Shown here piece after piece: positions 37,118 to 40,434 of a stretch of 40,434 bases of DNA. The stretch spans positions 1 to 40,434 of the IMG/VR virus record IMGVR_UViG_3300020042_010429; one strand, given 5' to 3'. How positions within the stretch are numbered: position 1 is the stretch's first letter; each line of letters opens with the position of its first letter. A program made the translations under genes and the position numbers. The stretch is from a virus. Its lineage: Duplodnaviria > Caudoviricetes. The notes under the pieces are model-generated. The model worked only from the letters and a program-made list of their open reading frames with translations, was not told the DNA's origin and searched no databases.

Positions 37118-37900
37118 ATGGAATCAAATTTAGGAAGAATAGAAGATTACAATAAAACATTACCTGTACTTGAATTATATAGATGTGTTCAAAGCGAGGG
37201 TTCTCGTTTTGGAAGGCCAACTATTGCAGTTCGCACAACAGGATGTACACATCGATGTTATTTTGGAGAAGGTGGATGGTGCGACAGCTGGTATACTTCA
37301 ATCCACCCAGAGAAAGGAACATTTTGTTTTAACGATATCATTAAGATATATGATGAAAACCCCCATGTAAAAGAAATGATGCTTACAGGAGGAAGTCCAA
37401 CTATGCATCCAAAATTAGTAAACGAATTAACACACTTTGCACATGAAAGAGATATACTCATTACTATTGAAACTGAAGGTAGCCATTTCGTACCTACCGA
37501 CTATCCTATTGGCCTTATATCTCTCAGTCCAAAGTTTGGTAATTCTATACCCGTACTCGGTGCTGTTACGCCTCAAGGAGCGATTGTGGATCAAAGAATG
37601 ATTGATCAACATAACAAGTTTAGAATGAAGCTTGCTACAATGAGCCAGATGATTCACTTCCATACAGATTACCATTTTAAACCAGTATGGGACGGAACGG
37701 ACAAGAATCTACAAGAAATTGAAAACATTCGCACTCTACTTAATATTCCAAAAGACAAAACATACATTATGCCTGCTGGAGATACTAGAGAAACATTAAT
37801 TAAAATGTATCCACTTGTATTTGAAATGTGTGCTGAAAAAGGATATAACATGACAGGGCGTGACCACATCATTGCCTTTGACACAAAACGCATGGTATGA
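37118..37900 (+). CDS. queE: 7-carboxy-7-deazaguanine synthase QueE (radical SAM)
   Basis: 'QSEG...G.P....RT.GC...C.......CDS', 'LTGGSP', 'IETEG', 'SLSPK', terminal 'R.H'. Confidence 0.88.
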   Translation: MESNLGRIEDYNKTLPVLELYRCVQSEGSRFGRPTIAVRTTGCTHRCYFGEGGWCDSWYTSIHPEKGTFCFNDIIKIYDENPHVKEMMLTGGSPTMHPKLVNELTHFAHERDILITIETEGSHFVPTDYPIGLISLSPKFGNSIPVLGAVTPQGAIVDQRMIDQHNKFRMKLATMSQMIHFHTDYHFKPVWDGTDKNLQEIENIRTLLNIPKDKTYIMPAGDTRETLIKMYPLVFEMCAEKGYNMTGRDHIIAFDTKRMV

Positions 37901-38319
37901 TAGAAAAACGTTATGTTAGTTGGAATGAAATAGATGAATTAGTTAACTCACTAACCCAACAAATTGCCCAATCAGGAATTCAAATTGAAAATATTTTTGG
38001 ATTACAGAGGGGAGGACTTATACCAGCGGTTATGGTTTCCCATAAACTAGGAATACCAATGACTAAAGGTACAATATCCCCAAATACATTAATTATAGAT
38101 GATATTTGTGATAGTGGAGTTACATTTGCTAATTTTTTTGAAACGCATCAAAAAGAATATGCTTTTCCATTTAATTTAAATTTTGCATGTTTACATTATA
38201 AACCACAAACTTCAGAATTTAAACCTACATTTTATTCTAGTATTTGGAATTCAAATGATTGGATAGTTTATCCGTGGGAAAGAGAAGATTCAAATACTAT
38301 TCAAGATTACAAATTTTAA
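37897..38319 (+). CDS. Purine phosphoribosyltransferase (type I PRTase, Gpt/Hpt-like)
   Basis: 'RGGLIPA', PRPP loop 'LIIDDICDSGVT', 'WIVYPWE'; ATGA overlap with queE. Confidence 0.88.
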   Translation: MIEKRYVSWNEIDELVNSLTQQIAQSGIQIENIFGLQRGGLIPAVMVSHKLGIPMTKGTISPNTLIIDDICDSGVTFANFFETHQKEYAFPFNLNFACLHYKPQTSEFKPTFYSSIWNSNDWIVYPWEREDSNTIQDYKF

Positions 38320-38374
38320 TAATTTTTTTATTTACTCCCATTAAGATTTAATATATGTATAATAAAAAGTACAT

Positions 38375-39265
38375 ATGCCTAATCCTTATATTTTTAAAAC
38401 TAGAGCGTTAGGTCCTAATGCAAAAAATTCTACCTTAACATTTGATGAATTAGATAATAGTTTATTATTTTTATCATCCTCAATTGGAACATTAAATGGA
38501 TTAAATTCTTTTTTTGTACAAGCTAATGGAACTCCATTACAAAATGGCTACTCTTTAATTGATTCTTATAATACTGCAAAAACCACATCCCCAACAGGAT
38601 CAAATAGATATGCAGTTTTATTAGGTCCTGGAAACTATGAATTTACTCAAAGTTTTAACATTAATACTCCATATATTGATGTTGTATCCCTTACAGGGTA
38701 CAAAGACGTATACATCACAGGCAGTAATACTATTCAAGTTAGTGCGGATAATGTATATGTAAGAGGAATTGATGTAGGAAGTAAAAACTTTACAATAACA
38801 TCTTCTTTACCAAACACAATCTTTAAAAATTGCAAAGGTGGAGATTCTAGTTTTGGAGGAAGTATTATTTCATCCCCTTATATCATATCAAGCACATTTA
38901 TAGATTGTGAAGGAGGATCTAATAGTTTTGCAGGTGAATTTGGAACTGCAGAGGGTACTTTTACAAACTGTATAGGAGGAAATAATTCATTTGGATTCAA
39001 TTGTGATGGTATATTTAATAATTGCCAAGGTGGAGATTTTTCATTTGGAGGATTAGTAGGAACAATAGAAGCAGATTGTTTAATAAAAGATTGTATTGGA
39101 GGATCAAGTAGTTTTTCCCCTAATGGCGCAATAGAGGGAATACTACAAAATTGCACTTTAATCTTAGGTAATTTTATACCACATATTTCTTCCCTTTCTA
39201 ACTCAGGAAAAATTATTGATTGTAAAGGTAATCCTGATAATTCTATAACAAATGATCTTATATAA
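38375..39265 (+). CDS. Putative virion beta-helix protein (tailspike/pectin-lyase-like)
   Basis: N-terminal 'K.S.LT..ELDN' anchor-like segment, 'VLLGPGNY', ~17-23-aa repeats 'F.NC.GG..SFG'; late motif at 38353. Confidence 0.6.
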   Translation: MPNPYIFKTRALGPNAKNSTLTFDELDNSLLFLSSSIGTLNGLNSFFVQANGTPLQNGYSLIDSYNTAKTTSPTGSNRYAVLLGPGNYEFTQSFNINTPYIDVVSLTGYKDVYITGSNTIQVSADNVYVRGIDVGSKNFTITSSLPNTIFKNCKGGDSSFGGSIISSPYIISSTFIDCEGGSNSFAGEFGTAEGTFTNCIGGNNSFGFNCDGIFNNCQGGDFSFGGLVGTIEADCLIKDCIGGSSSFSPNGAIEGILQNCTLILGNFIPHISSLSNSGKIIDCKGNPDNSITNDLI

Positions 39266-39302
39266 CATTTATAATTCTAAATAAAAAAACAATAATAATA
39301 AT

Positions 39303-40434
39303 ATGAATAGTAATTCCATTTTAAAATATGATCTTGTTAAAGATCTAATTTATTTTTCTAAGACTCAAACTCCAGGACTAGCAGATTTTATTAAAGATTA
39401 TACTAGTAGCAGCCCAGAAACAGTTGAAAGTCTTATTAAAGACTCTCAAATAGAAGGAATAACACAAATTCCAGTAAGTGCTTCTAATGCTATCAAATCT
39501 TTTTTAGCTACTGTAGGAGGTCTTAATCTCTCAAGTTCTAAAAATATTACTTTAAATTTAGAAATTTTAGAAGATATAGATATAGGAAATGTAGATATTG
39601 TTTCAAAAAACTTTGATAAATCTAAAACATATTTTTCAAAAAATGGTACAATATTAAAAGATTTTGTTTTAAATTTTATACCACTATTTAAGTATAAAAC
39701 TATGGCCAATTGTAAGACGTGTCTTAAGTCTACTTGGCAAACTGATAATTTATTTGGTTTTACAGGAAATATTGGTGGTTCTTGGAATGGAACTTCATGG
39801 AAAAATGGTCAAAAATTATATAATATTACTATTCCCCAATATTCATCAACCCAACCTACTATATATCAACCATATGCTATATGGTGGAAACCTACATTTT
39901 CATATACATTTGTTAATATTTCTGGTAGTACTCAAACTATTACTAATAAAAGTAAATGGATTGCTACTCTTGTAAGTGACAATTATTCACTTACAACTGC
40001 ATCTTTCTTTTCTACAGTTGATAGAGTAGATTCTACTATATCTCCTTTTCCAACAATATCAGGATCATGCCCAGATAATAAAAAATTATCCCCAGTAACT
40101 TGGTATAATTATGTAGGACCTAAAGGGAATTTTAGATTAGATAGTCTTAATCAACAAATTACAACTCTTACTGATCTTCAAGGAAACCCAACCACAACAG
40201 TAAAATCATGTAAAACTTATACTCCTAGCCCTATAATAACTCCTCAAATAAAATGGGCATGCAAAACAGGTGTAGGATGTGTTATGGCTGTTAATGGACC
40301 TTTTTTAACATATGCTTCATGTGTTGCAAGTTGTTCAGTAGATTATGGATGGAATTGCTTTTCAGGCAGTTGTACCCCTGGAACACAAACAAACCCAGGT
40401 ATATATAACTCTCTTTCAGAATGTTCAACTTATT
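39303..40434 (+). CDS. Large hypothetical protein with Cys-rich repeats, 3'-truncated by the window edge (not in the ORF track)
   Basis: Open from ATG 39303 (MNSNSILKYDLVKD...) to the window end; ends '...WACKTGVGCVMAVNGPFLTYASCVASCSVDYGWNCFSGSCTPGTQTNPGIYNSLSECSTY'. Confidence 0.75.
   Translation, partial: MNSNSILKYDLVKDLIYFSKTQTPGLADFIKDYTSSSPETVESLIKDSQIEGITQIPVSASNAIKSFLATVGGLNLSSSKNITLNLEILEDIDIGNVDIVSKNFDKSKTYFSKNGTILKDFVLNFIPLFKYKTMANCKTCLKSTWQTDNLFGFTGNIGGSWNGTSWKNGQKLYNITIPQYSSTQPTIYQPYAIWWKPTFSYTFVNISGSTQTITNKSKWIATLVSDNYSLTTASFFSTVDRVDSTISPFPTISGSCPDNKKLSPVTWYNYVGPKGNFRLDSLNQQITTLTDLQGNPTTTVKSCKTYTPSPIITPQIKWACKTGVGCVMAVNGPFLTYASCVASCSVDYGWNCFSGSCTPGTQTNPGIYNSLSECSTY

Noticed and set aside
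404-39975. Minus-strand and nested alternate-frame ORFs in the track (e.g. 404-661, 1009-1245, 14016-14345, 25536-25862, 29788-30078, 39446-39709, 39754-39975)
   Set aside because: All overlap well-supported + strand genes, have no recognisable motifs, and look like antisense or alternate-frame shadows.
1-40434. Stop-codon reassignment (alternative genetic code)
   Set aside because: Genes are full length under code 11, and TAG and TGA both end genes at expected positions (e.g. phoH and nrdA TAG, queE TGA).
1-40434. tRNA or rRNA genes, introns, inteins, integrase or IS elements
   Set aside because: Intergenic gaps are short and AT-rich with no cloverleaf seen. nrdA, dnaB, recA and polA are uninterrupted, and no recombinase or transposase motifs were seen.

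Overview
A 40.4-kb, very AT-rich segment of a large contractile-tailed (T4-like virion module) dsDNA phage. All credible genes are on the + strand and use the standard genetic code. The host is probably a Bacteroidota/Flavobacteriia bacterium, inferred from TTGG-N19-TATATT promoters, A-rich leaders with no Shine-Dalgarno sequence, and a DDLPF SSB tail. Order: (1) 3' part of the major capsid gene. (2) An accessory insert of HNH endonuclease, pentein/amidinohydrolase, PSD-fold pyruvoyl decarboxylase and PhoH. (3) Neck, tail completion, fibres, sheath, tube, a frameshifted chaperone pair, tape measure and baseplate. (4) A replication block: compact family-A polymerase, SSB, RecA, 5'-3' exonuclease, DnaB and class I RNR. 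(5) Small accessory genes and a 7-deazaguanine cluster (DpdA/TGT-like, QueC, QueD, QueE, a purine phosphoribosyltransferase). (6) Two more probable virion proteins, the last running off the window. The best candidate for an undescribed system is the coupled arginine-dihydrolase-like + soluble PSD-fold decarboxylase pair, a possible late-expressed arginine-to-putrescine route. Also notable: a +1/-2 frameshift on a T7 run, apparent loss of zinc ligands across the deazaguanine enzymes, and a two-class promoter code. All assignments come from reading motifs by eye; no database searches were run.
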